From: Methanothrix sp.
GTDB lineage: Archaea; Halobacteriota; Methanosarcinia; Methanotrichales; Methanotrichaceae
Direction: 5' to 3'
DNA length: 41,489 nt
Assembly: GCA_036733325.1 (NCBI GenBank)
Contig: DAINAQ010000001.1
Span: 18,478 to 59,966, forward strand
Positions 1 to 9,256 of this stretch are shown here, in pieces (position 1 is the stretch's first letter; the number at the start of each line of letters is the position of its first letter). Under the pieces are notes generated by a model. The model did no database searches. It was not told the origin of the DNA and saw nothing but the letters and a program-made list of their open reading frames with translations. A program made the position numbers and the translations under genes.

Positions 1-72
1 TTCCGTTCCCATTTCCGTTCCCATTTCCGTTCCCATTTCCGTTCCCATTTCCGTTCCCATTTCCGTTTCCAT
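1..72. repeat. 12-bp tandem repeat (TTCCGTTCCCAT) x5 plus one variant, truncated by the window edge
   Basis: Read directly: five exact copies at 1-60, then TTCCGTTTCCAT at 61-72; no spacers. Confidence 0.95.
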
Positions 73-100
73 TCCCTTACCCGCTTTCATCTCTGACTAT

Positions 101-625
101 TCAGCTTCCGCCTCGATCCTCGATAGCTTTTCGAAGGGACTCATCGAGGGCCTCGGCGGTAGTCTGGAGATCCTCGTCTCCGTCCTCCGCCCCCCTCTGC
201 TTCAGCCGGGCCAGGTCCCGCCGGAGGGGTCCGAGGAGAAGCTCCGCCTCGCCCGGAGGAAGGGACTCCCCTTTGCGGAACGCCTCCTCCAGCCGGGCGA
301 GCTTGGTCCAGAGAGGTCCCCTCGCCTTCGACCCCGCCCTCGACGCCGATCCCGGCTCCTCGCCCAGGGCGGAGATCAGACCCGATACGGCGGCCGCCGC
401 TGCCTGGCCGTGCTCCGTCAGCTCTACCCTCCTGATCCTCCCCTCGAGCTTCGAGGTGACCAGCCCCTGCCCCTCCATCTCGATGATGATCTTGAGGGTG
501 TGGGGGACGGTGGAGTCGATCCTCTTCGCCACCGCCGAGGCGTAGGCGGGGTCCAGGTCCCGGATGGCCAGGAGCGCCATCGTCGGCTTCTCTCTTAAAA
601 AAAAGAACTCTAACCTCCCTTTCAT
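101..625 (-). CDS. Winged-helix (MarR/ArsR-like) transcriptional regulator
   Basis: Start taken at MKGRLEFFFLREKP. AYASAVAKRIDSTVPHTLKIIIEMEGQGLVTSKLEGRIRRVELTEHG is a typical wHTH plus wing; helical C-terminal extension. Confidence 0.75.
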   Translation of the reverse strand: MKGRLEFFFLREKPTMALLAIRDLDPAYASAVAKRIDSTVPHTLKIIIEMEGQGLVTSKLEGRIRRVELTEHGQAAAAAVSGLISALGEEPGSASRAGSKARGPLWTKLARLEEAFRKGESLPPGEAELLLGPLRRDLARLKQRGAEDGDEDLQTTAEALDESLRKAIEDRGGS

Positions 626-787
626 CCCCTCATCCTCCGGAGCCCTCCCCCAACACAAGTGACAGATCTCAACGCAGTGACAGCTCTCGGCGCAGGGGAG
701 CCAGCGCCGAACTCGTCTTCAATGCAATAGAGGTCGGCCTAGCTCTCCGCCCCTGCTTCCAGCTCCTCGCTTCCGGTCATCCCTCTT

Positions 788-1669
788 TCAGACCGGGGAG
801 GATCTCTCGCCCGCGGGGAGGTCCGGGGTGAGGATGGGGGCGGCCCTCGCTTCCTCCGGGAGCTCCACCACCACCGGCTCGCCAAAGCCGCCGAACCTCC
901 TCACCTCCTCGGTCTCAAAGCGGATCTCCAGCCCTTGGGCCGATTCAGGCGGCATCCTCAGGATCCCGGGCCCGGCGGTGTAGACGGTGGAGATCCTGCT
1001 CTCCGTCGGAAGCCCCGTCTCCTTGGAGACCAGGATCGTCCATTCCAGCTGTGCGCCCCTCTCGAAGAGGGCGTTCATGTCGATCATCAGGGGGATCCTG
1101 GGATCGATGGAGCTTATCTGCCCCAGCATGATCCCGTAGGCGGTGTCGTTGTCGGGGATGACCTTCAGCCTGTAAAGCTCCTGGCCCTCGATCCTTTCCG
1201 TTCCCATGGCGACCATCTCGGTCCTGTCGATCATCTCCATCAGGTTCGCGAGCTTGTCGTTCATCTCCGTCCCATAGACGGTGCCGGGCTGCAGAAGGCC
1301 AATCCATTCCTCCCCCATCTTCTGATAGCGGGTGTTGTTCAGGAAGTAGACCTCGACCACGTCTTCGGCGGTCGCGAGGCCGGAGAGGTCAGTCCGGTTC
1401 GATCTGGAGACCTCCACGAAGCTTTGATCGGTGAGGTTGATCGCCCCCGTCCAGCGGAGGGTCACCCTCTCCCCTTCCAGAGACCCCTCCCCCTCGAAGT
1501 TGGCGAACTCCACCGTCTGGTCCATGTTGATCTCAAAGCGGTACGACTCGACTCCGCCGATCGCCTCCCCCATCCTCAGCTTCACCTCGCCCCCCGCAAT
1601 CGACTCTTCACCGATGCACCCGGCGAAGGCCGCCGCCGCCAAGGCCAGCAGTATCAAGATCCTCTTCAT
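788..1669 (-). CDS. Putative lipoprotein, LolA/LppX-like fold possible
   Basis: Start MKRILILLALAAAAFAGC is a signal peptide with lipobox FAGC. Beta-rich body and C-terminal PVVVELPEEA motif typical of this group. Fold is inference. Confidence 0.7.
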   Translation of the reverse strand: MKRILILLALAAAAFAGCIGEESIAGGEVKLRMGEAIGGVESYRFEINMDQTVEFANFEGEGSLEGERVTLRWTGAINLTDQSFVEVSRSNRTDLSGLATAEDVVEVYFLNNTRYQKMGEEWIGLLQPGTVYGTEMNDKLANLMEMIDRTEMVAMGTERIEGQELYRLKVIPDNDTAYGIMLGQISSIDPRIPLMIDMNALFERGAQLEWTILVSKETGLPTESRISTVYTAGPGILRMPPESAQGLEIRFETEEVRRFGGFGEPVVVELPEEARAAPILTPDLPAGERSSPV

Positions 1670-1771
1670 AATAGCCCCCCTCTCCCCATCACCGGTCCCC
1701 TCCGCCAGCCCCTCGGCCGGGCCGCCGGCGTTCCCGACCTGCTGCTGAAAGAGTTCACCGGCCGGCATTTC

Positions 1772-2686
1772 TCAAACAGAGCTCTCAAACTTCTCTCCGG
1801 TGATCATCTCGAAGAGCCGGATGTAGATATCGCTCGTCTGACCCACGACCTCCGAGGGGAGGGGCGGTATATCGGGCTCGGCTTCTTTTCTCTCACGCGC
1901 GCCGTAGAGCCGGTCCTTGTAGCCGATCTTTCGGTAGTGCTGTCTGACGTACTCCTTGGAGAGGTCGACGAACTCCCCCTCCTGGTACTTCGCCTTATCC
2001 CAGAACCGGTCCTCGTCGGCGGTCCCGAAGACGTCGACGACCATGATCCGCCTCTCCTCGTCGAAGCCGAACTCCTTCTTCCCGTCGACGTGGATGAGCC
2101 CCCTCGGCTCCACCTCTCGCTTGATCTCCTCGTCGATCTTGAGGACCGTCTCACAGATCTCGTCGTACTCCTCGGGCGAGAGGCGCGATATCTCCAGGGC
2201 CTCGGCCCGGTCGAGGAGCCGGTCGACCCGCTCCAGCTTGGTCGAGACCTCGAGGTAGGGTTCGGGGAGGGGCTCGCCGTACTCCACCTTCCGACCCCGC
2301 GGAAATCCCAGCTGCTCAGGCCCGATCTTGCCGGCTCCGAGCCTGTCGAAGAGCGATCCTGCCGCATACCACCTGCAGATTACCTCCAGGGGGATGAGGT
2401 AATTTCCCGACCCGGGCTTGATATTTTCAGGCTGGATCACGTCCACCTTCTTGACCAGCATCCCGTTGGGGGGGAGAAACTCCTGGAAGTGGGTTGGAAT
2501 CCCCATCCTCTTCGCCCGCATAAACCAGTGCACGCCCTCTCTGCAGAGCGTCTCCCCCTTGTGGGGTATGAGGCTCGGGATCACCTTGTCGAAGACGGAT
2601 ATCCTGTCTGTGAACCTGAACTCCAGCTCCCGGCCGAGGTCGTATACCTCCTTGACCGAGCCCTTCCTCAAAGGCTTCCGTTCCAT
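1772..2686 (-). CDS. purC: Phosphoribosylaminoimidazole-succinocarboxamide (SAICAR) synthase
   Basis: KGSVKEVY, FTDRISVFD, IPHKGE, IPLEVICR, DGKKEFG and DVFGTADEDRFW motifs; GGGGTGA RBS before MERKP. Confidence 0.95.
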   Translation of the reverse strand: MERKPLRKGSVKEVYDLGRELEFRFTDRISVFDKVIPSLIPHKGETLCREGVHWFMRAKRMGIPTHFQEFLPPNGMLVKKVDVIQPENIKPGSGNYLIPLEVICRWYAAGSLFDRLGAGKIGPEQLGFPRGRKVEYGEPLPEPYLEVSTKLERVDRLLDRAEALEISRLSPEEYDEICETVLKIDEEIKREVEPRGLIHVDGKKEFGFDEERRIMVVDVFGTADEDRFWDKAKYQEGEFVDLSKEYVRQHYRKIGYKDRLYGARERKEAEPDIPPLPSEVVGQTSDIYIRLFEMITGEKFESSV

Positions 2687-2936
2687 CGTCACCCCCATCA
2701 CCTGGCAGATGGATAACTCTTTTGCTGTATCTGGAGGGCGCCATCAGCGGGGGATACGCTTTCTATCTTTCTCCGAGCTCCGACCGTCGGAACCGATGGG
2801 CTCGGCCTCCCCGAACCGATACCTCCCACCGCTCCCGGGTCCGGGAGACGGAGGCGCGATCCGTCGGGGGGACCGGCTTGAGGCAGAGCAGATATCTCCG
2901 GCTCCCCCCATAGATTCTTTACCGATATCAAACCCC

Positions 2937-3512
2937 TCATCCCGGTGGGGGGACCTCCCCTGTCGCGGGAGCGCCGGACTGGGGCAGAGGGGCAGTCCTG
3001 TATCCGAAAGCAGCCCCGGAGCCTACAAGGCCGGAAGGCGTATAAAAGGCGTAGCTCCCCTGGGCCGGGGTCGCCACAAGGTCGAGCCTGGCTCTGAGCA
3101 GGGCGGCCCCGCCCAGGACGACGATCCGGAGGTCCAGAAGGTCCGAGGTGGCGTTTCCCGCCGCAGCGATCATCCAGGTGCCCTCCTCCGAGGTCATGGT
3201 CCCCTCTCCGAAGACCTCGGCATCGGCCTGATAGAGGGTCAGGTCCAGCCTTCGAGGCTCTACCTCCCCGGCCGCCAGGGTGATGGACCAGATCCCGGCC
3301 ACAGGAGCCGCCACTCCGGGCTCAGGCCACCAGGTCCCGTTAGTTTCGGAGATGTTCGCCATCTTCTCGATGTACCCCTCGGTATGGTGGACGTCGACGA
3401 TCCGAAGCCCTCCGATGCCCAGCCATTCTTCCTGGGTCGATCCGTCCGAATCCGAAGCTCCTCCGGAGTACGCCGTCAGGAGGAGTGCCGTGATGATCAG
3501 AATGATTCTCAT
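2937..3512 (-). CDS. Secreted hypothetical protein with C-terminal beta-barrel-like domain (paralogue 1 of 3)
   Basis: Signal peptide MRIILIITALLLTAYSGGA; shares GxW...LxLYQ...VFGxG...AAG...GxYxxY with the two upstream ORFs. Confidence 0.75.
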   Translation of the reverse strand: MRIILIITALLLTAYSGGASDSDGSTQEEWLGIGGLRIVDVHHTEGYIEKMANISETNGTWWPEPGVAAPVAGIWSITLAAGEVEPRRLDLTLYQADAEVFGEGTMTSEEGTWMIAAAGNATSDLLDLRIVVLGGAALLRARLDLVATPAQGSYAFYTPSGLVGSGAAFGYRTAPLPQSGAPATGEVPPPG

Positions 3513-3602
3513 CTCAATAACCCCATTGAGATCAAACTTTGATGATCAACCTTTAAAAAAGTTGGGAGGAATCCCTCCTCCCGCCAATCCGTCTATCCCC
3601 AC

Positions 3603-4220
3603 TTACGATCCCGACGCCGCGCTCCCGATGGCGACGGTGCCGGAGCTCTCTTCGGGGAAGGTGAAGTTCGTGGCGTAGAAGCGGATTCCGTCGCAGTTGC
3701 CGGCCCAGGTGTCACCGTAGGATGTATAAGCGCTGTAGGGGCCGAAGATGGAGTTTCCGCTCACCACCGTCCTGAGCCTGTACATGTTGTCTCCCCCCAC
3801 GGTGACCAGGCGGAGGTAGAGGGCCGATCCCTCAGTGGACCCCGCGGCGGTCAGCTCCTGGGTGTTCGCCCCGGCCACCATCATCCCCCTTCCGAAGACC
3901 TCGTTTCCGTACTGGTAGAGGGTGAGGTTGAGGCTCCTGGATTCGGTGTCCACCAGGTTCAAAATCCATCGTCCGCTGACGTCGGACCAGGGAGTTCCCG
4001 ATCCGGTCGGCGGGGAATATCCGGAACCCTCTTCTGCCCCGGGGCTCATCCCCGTGGTGGGATTGATGTAGCCGAGGGACTCGTCTTTGAAGGATTCCTG
4101 CAGATCCTCCCGAATCTGGCTGCCGGTCATGTCGTCCAGGTTGGGGCCGTCGGACGCCGCGGGAGAGGCCAGGGCCGCCACCATGATCAGCGCCGCAATC
4201 AACGCCTTTTTGAATCTCAT
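3603..4220 (-). CDS. Secreted hypothetical protein with beta-barrel-like domain (paralogue 2 of 3)
   Basis: AGGAGGT RBS (4231-4237) before MRFKKALIAALIMVAALASPAAS signal peptide; GRWILNL...LNLTLYQYGNEVFGRG. Confidence 0.8.
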   Translation of the reverse strand: MRFKKALIAALIMVAALASPAASDGPNLDDMTGSQIREDLQESFKDESLGYINPTTGMSPGAEEGSGYSPPTGSGTPWSDVSGRWILNLVDTESRSLNLTLYQYGNEVFGRGMMVAGANTQELTAAGSTEGSALYLRLVTVGGDNMYRLRTVVSGNSIFGPYSAYTSYGDTWAGNCDGIRFYATNFTFPEESSGTVAIGSAASGS

Positions 4221-4311
4221 TTTATCGCAAACCTCCTTTTTCACCGTGATGGGGATTTCCGCCGGGGCCTTCAGCCCCGGCCTCGGATCGGCTCCCAGTC
4301 GATCGGAAGCC

Positions 4312-5013
4312 TCAGGCGGTTCTGGAGCCGGATGCGGTCCCGGACCAGCTCGATCCGTCGCTCCCGTAGGCAGAGTAGTTCCCGGAGACGAGGTCGCCGG
4401 AGAGGGAGAGGTCGAACCGATAGAGGGCGATGGGGCCGATGGATACCAGGTCCAGCTCCAGCCGGTCGCCGACGACGGTGCCGCTGGCGGCAGCCTGGCT
4501 CGCCGACTTCGGGGACGAAGGCGGCTGGTCGAGCCAGTCCATCATGGACTCTATCCCCCGGTCCTCCGAGGAGGCCTGGGAGGAGGATTGATCTGCAGCC
4601 GAACCGTCCGACGACCCCAAAATTCCCCTGCCGAAGACGATCTGCTCCTTCTGATGCAGGACCAGCCAGAGGGACCTGGTGTTGCTCTCGATCATGGTCA
4701 GAGACCACTCTCCCGAAAAGTTGGTCTCGGGCTCCACTTCTCCCGGATCCATCGCCGCGATAGGTCTCGTCCCACCGATGGCGTAGACGCCATTTTTGGC
4801 GGAAGGCGACAGGATGGTGGTGATGTTATCGTCGACGGGATCGACGGTGGTATTATTCGCGTCGGTCTCTGCAACCTTGGCCAGGTAACCGGCGGTATGG
4901 TCCACGTCCGATATGGTCATGTCTCCCCCCAGCCAATCCAGATTCGCCTGGCCCGAGGAGATGATGGATGTGAATATGGCCAGAGATAGCAATGCCAGCT
5001 TACAGTTGTTCAT
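4312..5013 (-). CDS. Secreted hypothetical protein with beta-barrel-like domain (paralogue 3 of 3)
   Basis: Start re-assigned to MNNCKLALLSLAIFTSIISSGQA (signal peptide), which avoids overlap with the radical SAM gene; GEWSLTM...LWLVLHQKEQIVFGRG. Confidence 0.75.
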   Translation of the reverse strand: MNNCKLALLSLAIFTSIISSGQANLDWLGGDMTISDVDHTAGYLAKVAETDANNTTVDPVDDNITTILSPSAKNGVYAIGGTRPIAAMDPGEVEPETNFSGEWSLTMIESNTRSLWLVLHQKEQIVFGRGILGSSDGSAADQSSSQASSEDRGIESMMDWLDQPPSSPKSASQAAASGTVVGDRLELDLVSIGPIALYRFDLSLSGDLVSGNYSAYGSDGSSWSGTASGSRTA

Positions 5014-5093
5014 CGGTTTATAACCCCCGTTCCCGAAAGATGAACCTCTCGATATAAAATCGTTTTGTCTCCAAAAATCGCGAACAGGACACC

Positions 5094-6245
5094 TTATTTC
5101 ACCGCTTCGAACATCTCCGGATGAGCCCGCCTGAATTCGGGGTCCTTCATCATGCATCTTTGCGGCCGTCCCCTGAACCAGCGCTCCCTTCCCATCTCTC
5201 TCCAGATATCGTTGAGGCTCTTCTCCCGGACGTTCCCGAAGGATATGGGCATGTAGGCGCAGGGGAGGACCTCGCCGGAGGCGTCGACGTGAAGCCACCT
5301 CCTCCCCGCAAAGCAGCCGAACATATCGGGCCCCAGTAGGTAGGGGAAGGCCGAGACCCGGGGACCTTCAGAGAGACGGTTCTTCTCCTGGTGGAACCGG
5401 CGGAGCCGGTCGATGTCGCCATCGCTCAGAACCTGGTCGGAATGGGACGACCACCTTCCCACGGCCACGATATCGTAGAGGGAGAGCTCGTGGACCCCCA
5501 GCTCCGCCGCCAGGGAGTAGGCGTCCTCCAGGTCGTCGATGTTCAAGGGGGATACGACCATGAACAGGTCCATGAGGAGGCCGCCGGCGAGTCCGTTTCT
5601 GATCCCCGAGAGGGCGTCGGAGAAGGCACCCTCCCTTCCCCGGAACCGGTCGTGATCCTGGGGGTGGGGGCTGTCGATGCTCACCCTGACCGCGTAGAGG
5701 CCCGCCCTCTTCAAGGATCGGGCCCTCTCCTCGGTGAGGCCGTAGCCGCTGGTGAAGGAGGCGGATATGGCCCGGTCGTCCACCTTCGCCGCCAGGTCCG
5801 GAAGGTCGCGCCTCAGCATCGGCTCCCCACCGTCGAAGGATATCATGTAAGATCCCAGGTCCAGGGCCTCGCCGATCACCCTCACGACGACCTCGGAGCT
5901 GAGAGACTCCCCGGTTCGCGAGGGTGCGCTGCAGTGGAGGCAATCGTTGGGGCAGGCCCGGATGATGGCGATGGACACCTGGTCGGGAATCCTCCTCCTG
6001 GTCAGGGCTGCCACCTGGGAGGAGATCATCCGATCGAAGGCGAGGCTGGGGGCCGGGGGGATCCAGGTGGAGAAGACGATCCGGTCCGGGCCCGAGCTGA
6101 TGGGCTTCTCGCTTGCGAAGGTCTGGTTGATCTTTCTCATGACCGGACTCGCGACCATTGAAAGGGGGCCCGTCGCCCGAAAGACGATCTTGCCGCCCTC
6201 GGTCTCTGCCTCAATCTTCAGCAGCGGCTTTTCAGCGATTTGCAT
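5094..6245 (-). CDS. Radical SAM protein with C-terminal SPASM/Twitch domain
   Basis: CPNDCLHC (CxxxCxxC), FDGGEP, VSIDS; CFAGRRWLHVDASGEVLPC...C Twitch-type motif; start overlaps the end of the prenyl synthase gene. Confidence 0.9.
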   Translation of the reverse strand: MQIAEKPLLKIEAETEGGKIVFRATGPLSMVASPVMRKINQTFASEKPISSGPDRIVFSTWIPPAPSLAFDRMISSQVAALTRRRIPDQVSIAIIRACPNDCLHCSAPSRTGESLSSEVVVRVIGEALDLGSYMISFDGGEPMLRRDLPDLAAKVDDRAISASFTSGYGLTEERARSLKRAGLYAVRVSIDSPHPQDHDRFRGREGAFSDALSGIRNGLAGGLLMDLFMVVSPLNIDDLEDAYSLAAELGVHELSLYDIVAVGRWSSHSDQVLSDGDIDRLRRFHQEKNRLSEGPRVSAFPYLLGPDMFGCFAGRRWLHVDASGEVLPCAYMPISFGNVREKSLNDIWREMGRERWFRGRPQRCMMKDPEFRRAHPEMFEAVK

Positions 6246-7075
6246 TCTTCTCCCCACCTGTCGACGATGCTTTCGAGCCTCGCCTTGATCTCTTCGTCCC
6301 CACCGGCCTTTCCGAGGGCCCTCTTTGCGGCGCGGCAGTGATCGCGGATCGCCCCGGAGCAGAGGGCCAGCGTCGTCTCCGCCGGGTGATCCCGGCTGTA
6401 GATCACGGGAAGGGTGACCGAGGTATTCTTCGAGGACTTTCCCTTTTCCATCCCCAGAAACTCGTTCAGGTCGTCGGCGACCTGGTAGGCGAGGCCCAGG
6501 TGCATTCCGTAGCTCTCGAAGTGGGCGACGTCTTCATCTCCGGCGCCAGCTATCAGGCATCCGATCTTGGAGGAGGCGGATAAAAGGGATGCCGTCTTCT
6601 TGCAGATGCAGAGGTAGTAGTCCTCGGGGCTGGTCCGGGATGCGAAGTCCAGCATCTCCCCCTCGGACATCTCCATGCAGGCCAGAGAGAAGGCCTCGAT
6701 CACCTCCCGGCTGTAGCCCGACATAAGGCCTATGGACCTGGATATCAGGTAGTCGCCGCAGAGGAGGGCTGCCTCGATCCCGTACTTCTCAAAAGCGCTG
6801 GCCGCGCCCCGCCGTTCCGTTCCTCGATCGAGGATGTCATCGTGGACCAGGGAGGCGGCGTGGACCAGCTCCATGGCCAGGGCGGCGTCCACCGACCGCT
6901 TTGGGTCGCAGCCGAAGGCCTCCGACGATAGGATCAGGATGAGAGGTCGGACCCTCTTGCCGGGGGAGGTGAGAACGTAATTTATCACCTCGCCCAGGCC
7001 AGAGGCCGGAAGGCTCTCCGTCAGCCTCATGAGCTCGTCGTTGATCAGATTATACTCGTCCCAGGCCTCGAACAT
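6218..7075 (-). CDS. trans-Polyprenyl diphosphate synthase, probable geranylfarnesyl (C25) diphosphate synthase
   Basis: GKRVRP, FARM HAASLVHDDILD-RR with a small Ala at the fifth position before FARM, KKTASL, AYQVADD. From recollection it closely resembles Methanosarcina mazei GFPP synthase (e.g. ALLCGDYLI). Start could be 7099. Confidence 0.88.
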   Translation of the reverse strand: MFEAWDEYNLINDELMRLTESLPASGLGEVINYVLTSPGKRVRPLILILSSEAFGCDPKRSVDAALAMELVHAASLVHDDILDRGTERRGAASAFEKYGIEAALLCGDYLISRSIGLMSGYSREVIEAFSLACMEMSEGEMLDFASRTSPEDYYLCICKKTASLLSASSKIGCLIAGAGDEDVAHFESYGMHLGLAYQVADDLNEFLGMEKGKSSKNTSVTLPVIYSRDHPAETTLALCSGAIRDHCRAAKRALGKAGGDEEIKARLESIVDRWGEECKSLKSRC

Positions 7076-7464
7076 CTCGGAGATGGTTTGCCGGATCAAT
7101 ATTTAGTTGTTGCGAAGCAGGACCGGCAGATGAGTATTTTATAAAGAGCTTCGCCTGAGCACCTTCCTCCAACAGAAGGGGATTTCCTCCCTCCAGGCCG
7201 AAGCGGACCATCTCCTCCAGGCCAGAGAGGATCATTTCCCTCTGGACAGGGTCCCCTCCCTCGAGCCAAAGAGAAATCATCAAGGAATCCCACCGAAGGA
7301 ATCCCACCTTTTCTCCGGCAATTCCGACCGCGTCGGGAGTCCTATCCTCGGAGGATAGAACTGCTCCAGTCCCTCAAATCTGAGGATGGAATCTCAGAGC
7401 TTCTGCCGCGAACAAAAAGGATATTATACGATATCTGCAGAAGTTAGGGGGAGGCGAAGCGAAG

Positions 7465-8994
7465 ATGAAGATGATCTATGCTCTATCTTTGGCTCTTCTC
7501 TTCTTCCAAGTTCAGCAGGGCTCAGCCCAGACTCTGGCCTGCACCTTCGACGAGGGAGAAGAGGGATGGTTTTCACAGGGGTCGGTCCGATCTACCTGGC
7601 AGCGGTTCGGCGGCGATCCGGGGGGCTTTCTTCAGGAGGAGGGGACGGATGGAGGCTGGAGCTACCATTCGCCCTCCTCCTGGGCTGGCGACTGGAGCAG
7701 GTTTGTCGGGGGGGTCCTCTGCTTCGATGAGAGGCTGATTTCGGCGGGCGGGTCACAGCCCCAAGGGGGCAGGATCAAAATACTGGGGTCCGACGGAGCG
7801 GTCTTCATCAGTCCCTCCCCCGCTCCGGAGAGGTGCTGGACCAGTCGCGAGCTGATCCTCAACGCGTCCAACTTCGGGGTATCGGAGGTGGAGTTTCGGA
7901 ATGTCATGAGGTCGGTGTCGGGGATCTCCATCGAGGGTGAAGGAGCTCGAGATACCTGGATTCTGGGGATCGACAACGTGGTCGTGGCCCCGCCCTCGGG
8001 GCTGGACCTGGTCACGCCCTTCGACGAGGGCGACGGAGGATGGAGGCCCGAGGGGGACGTCTCCATCGAGTGGAGGAGGGCTGGCGGAAACGGCGGAGGA
8101 TTTCTTCTGGGTCGGGACCTCGGCGACGGCAGCACCTGGTACTTCGTCTCACCCCGTTCCTGGTCGGGGGATTGGACCCCTTACGTCGGAGGGGTCCTCA
8201 GCTTCGACTTGAAGATGATCGACTCGGGGAAGGGAGAGCCTTACCAGGCTGATCTGGTGAAGATCATTGCATCGGACGGGTCTGAGATATCCATCTCTCC
8301 TTCCTCCTCGTCATATTCAGAAGAGCTTGCTGAGAGCGGCTGGACCCGGCGCCGGGTGGCCCTCACCCCCGCCACCTTCGGAGCCTCGGAGGAGGAGTTC
8401 ATGATGGTGATGAGGTCTTTGGACCGGGTTCTGATCCGGGGCGAGTACTCGGACCGGAGCGACGTGGAGGGGTTGGACAACGTGGCGGTGACCCTTCCGG
8501 TCGCCACCGACCTCTTGAGCTGCTTTGACCTCGGAGACGAGGGCTGGAGGGCGGGGCGGGACGTCGCCCTCTCCTGGAGCGACGAGGGCGGAAATCCGGG
8601 CGGATTTCTCCGCGGCGAGGACCAGGGGTCGGGACAGACCTGGTACTACGTCTCACCCCTCGACTGGGGCGGCGATTGGACGGCTTACGTGGGGGGAGCT
8701 CTGAGCTTCGACATCATCGAGATCGAGTCGGGGAACGGCAGCTACACTTTCGGGGACGTAGTCCGGATCTACGGCAGGGACGGATCTTATCTCTCCTGGT
8801 CCTGCGACCCGCCCGGAAGCTCCTGGTCCCGCCGCCAGGTCACCCTGGTCCCCTCCAACTTCAGAGAGTCCGGCGACGGCTTCGACTCGATCATGGGAGA
8901 GGTATCGGAGATCTGGATCAGGGGCGAGTACAGCAACATGAGGGACGTGGGAGGACTGGATAATGTGATGGTCACCCTGGCTCCGGAGGGGTAA
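7465..8994 (+). CDS. Secreted protein with three laminin B (domain IV)-like repeats
   Basis: Signal peptide; three ~160-aa repeats FDxGxxGW...GGnxGGFL...WYxxSPxxWxGDWxxyVGGxLsFD...IRGEYS...GLDNVxV. Confidence 0.75.
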   Translation: MKMIYALSLALLFFQVQQGSAQTLACTFDEGEEGWFSQGSVRSTWQRFGGDPGGFLQEEGTDGGWSYHSPSSWAGDWSRFVGGVLCFDERLISAGGSQPQGGRIKILGSDGAVFISPSPAPERCWTSRELILNASNFGVSEVEFRNVMRSVSGISIEGEGARDTWILGIDNVVVAPPSGLDLVTPFDEGDGGWRPEGDVSIEWRRAGGNGGGFLLGRDLGDGSTWYFVSPRSWSGDWTPYVGGVLSFDLKMIDSGKGEPYQADLVKIIASDGSEISISPSSSSYSEELAESGWTRRRVALTPATFGASEEEFMMVMRSLDRVLIRGEYSDRSDVEGLDNVAVTLPVATDLLSCFDLGDEGWRAGRDVALSWSDEGGNPGGFLRGEDQGSGQTWYYVSPLDWGGDWTAYVGGALSFDIIEIESGNGSYTFGDVVRIYGRDGSYLSWSCDPPGSSWSRRQVTLVPSNFRESGDGFDSIMGEVSEIWIRGEYSNMRDVGGLDNVMVTLAPEG

Positions 8995-9040
8995 ATCTCA
9001 AGGCCTGTCCATCTCGAAGTGGATCAATCTCGAAGCGGAT

Positions 9041-9119
9041 CGATCTCAAGGCTGGTCGATCTCAAGGCTGGTCGATCTCAGGGCGGTCGATCTCAAGGCT
9101 GGTCGATTCGGAGGCTGGC
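9041..9119. repeat. 16-bp tandem repeat (CGATCTCAAGGCTGGT), about 5 copies with decay
   Basis: Exact copies at 9041, 9057 and 9088; variants at 9073 and 9104; intergenic. Confidence 0.85.
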
Positions 9120-9256
9120 GAGATCCGGGGCTGATGCCAGCCCTCATCAAAGGGCGGAGGCTATAGGGCACTGTGATCCGACCCGGTCTCCCAAATCAGT
9201 CGGGTGCCGGACAGCCTCCGGAAAGTTTTTAGCATAAGATATCGATATATTGCGAT

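Noticed and set aside
1..72. Possible CRISPR array (also 9041-9119, 10781-10832, 23306-23353)
   Set aside because: Units are 12-16 bp, head-to-tail, with no unique spacers and no cas genes.
935..2716. 593-aa plus-strand ORF
   Set aside because: Antisense shadow of purC and the lipoprotein gene; a typical GC-rich artefact.
4312..5298. Long 328-aa version of the third secreted paralogue
   Set aside because: The extension overlaps the radical SAM gene; a signal peptide starts at 5013.
7050..7307. 85-aa ORF upstream of the prenyl synthase
   Set aside because: It overlaps the synthase start and spans its probable TATA box (about 7137-7145); no recognisable motif.
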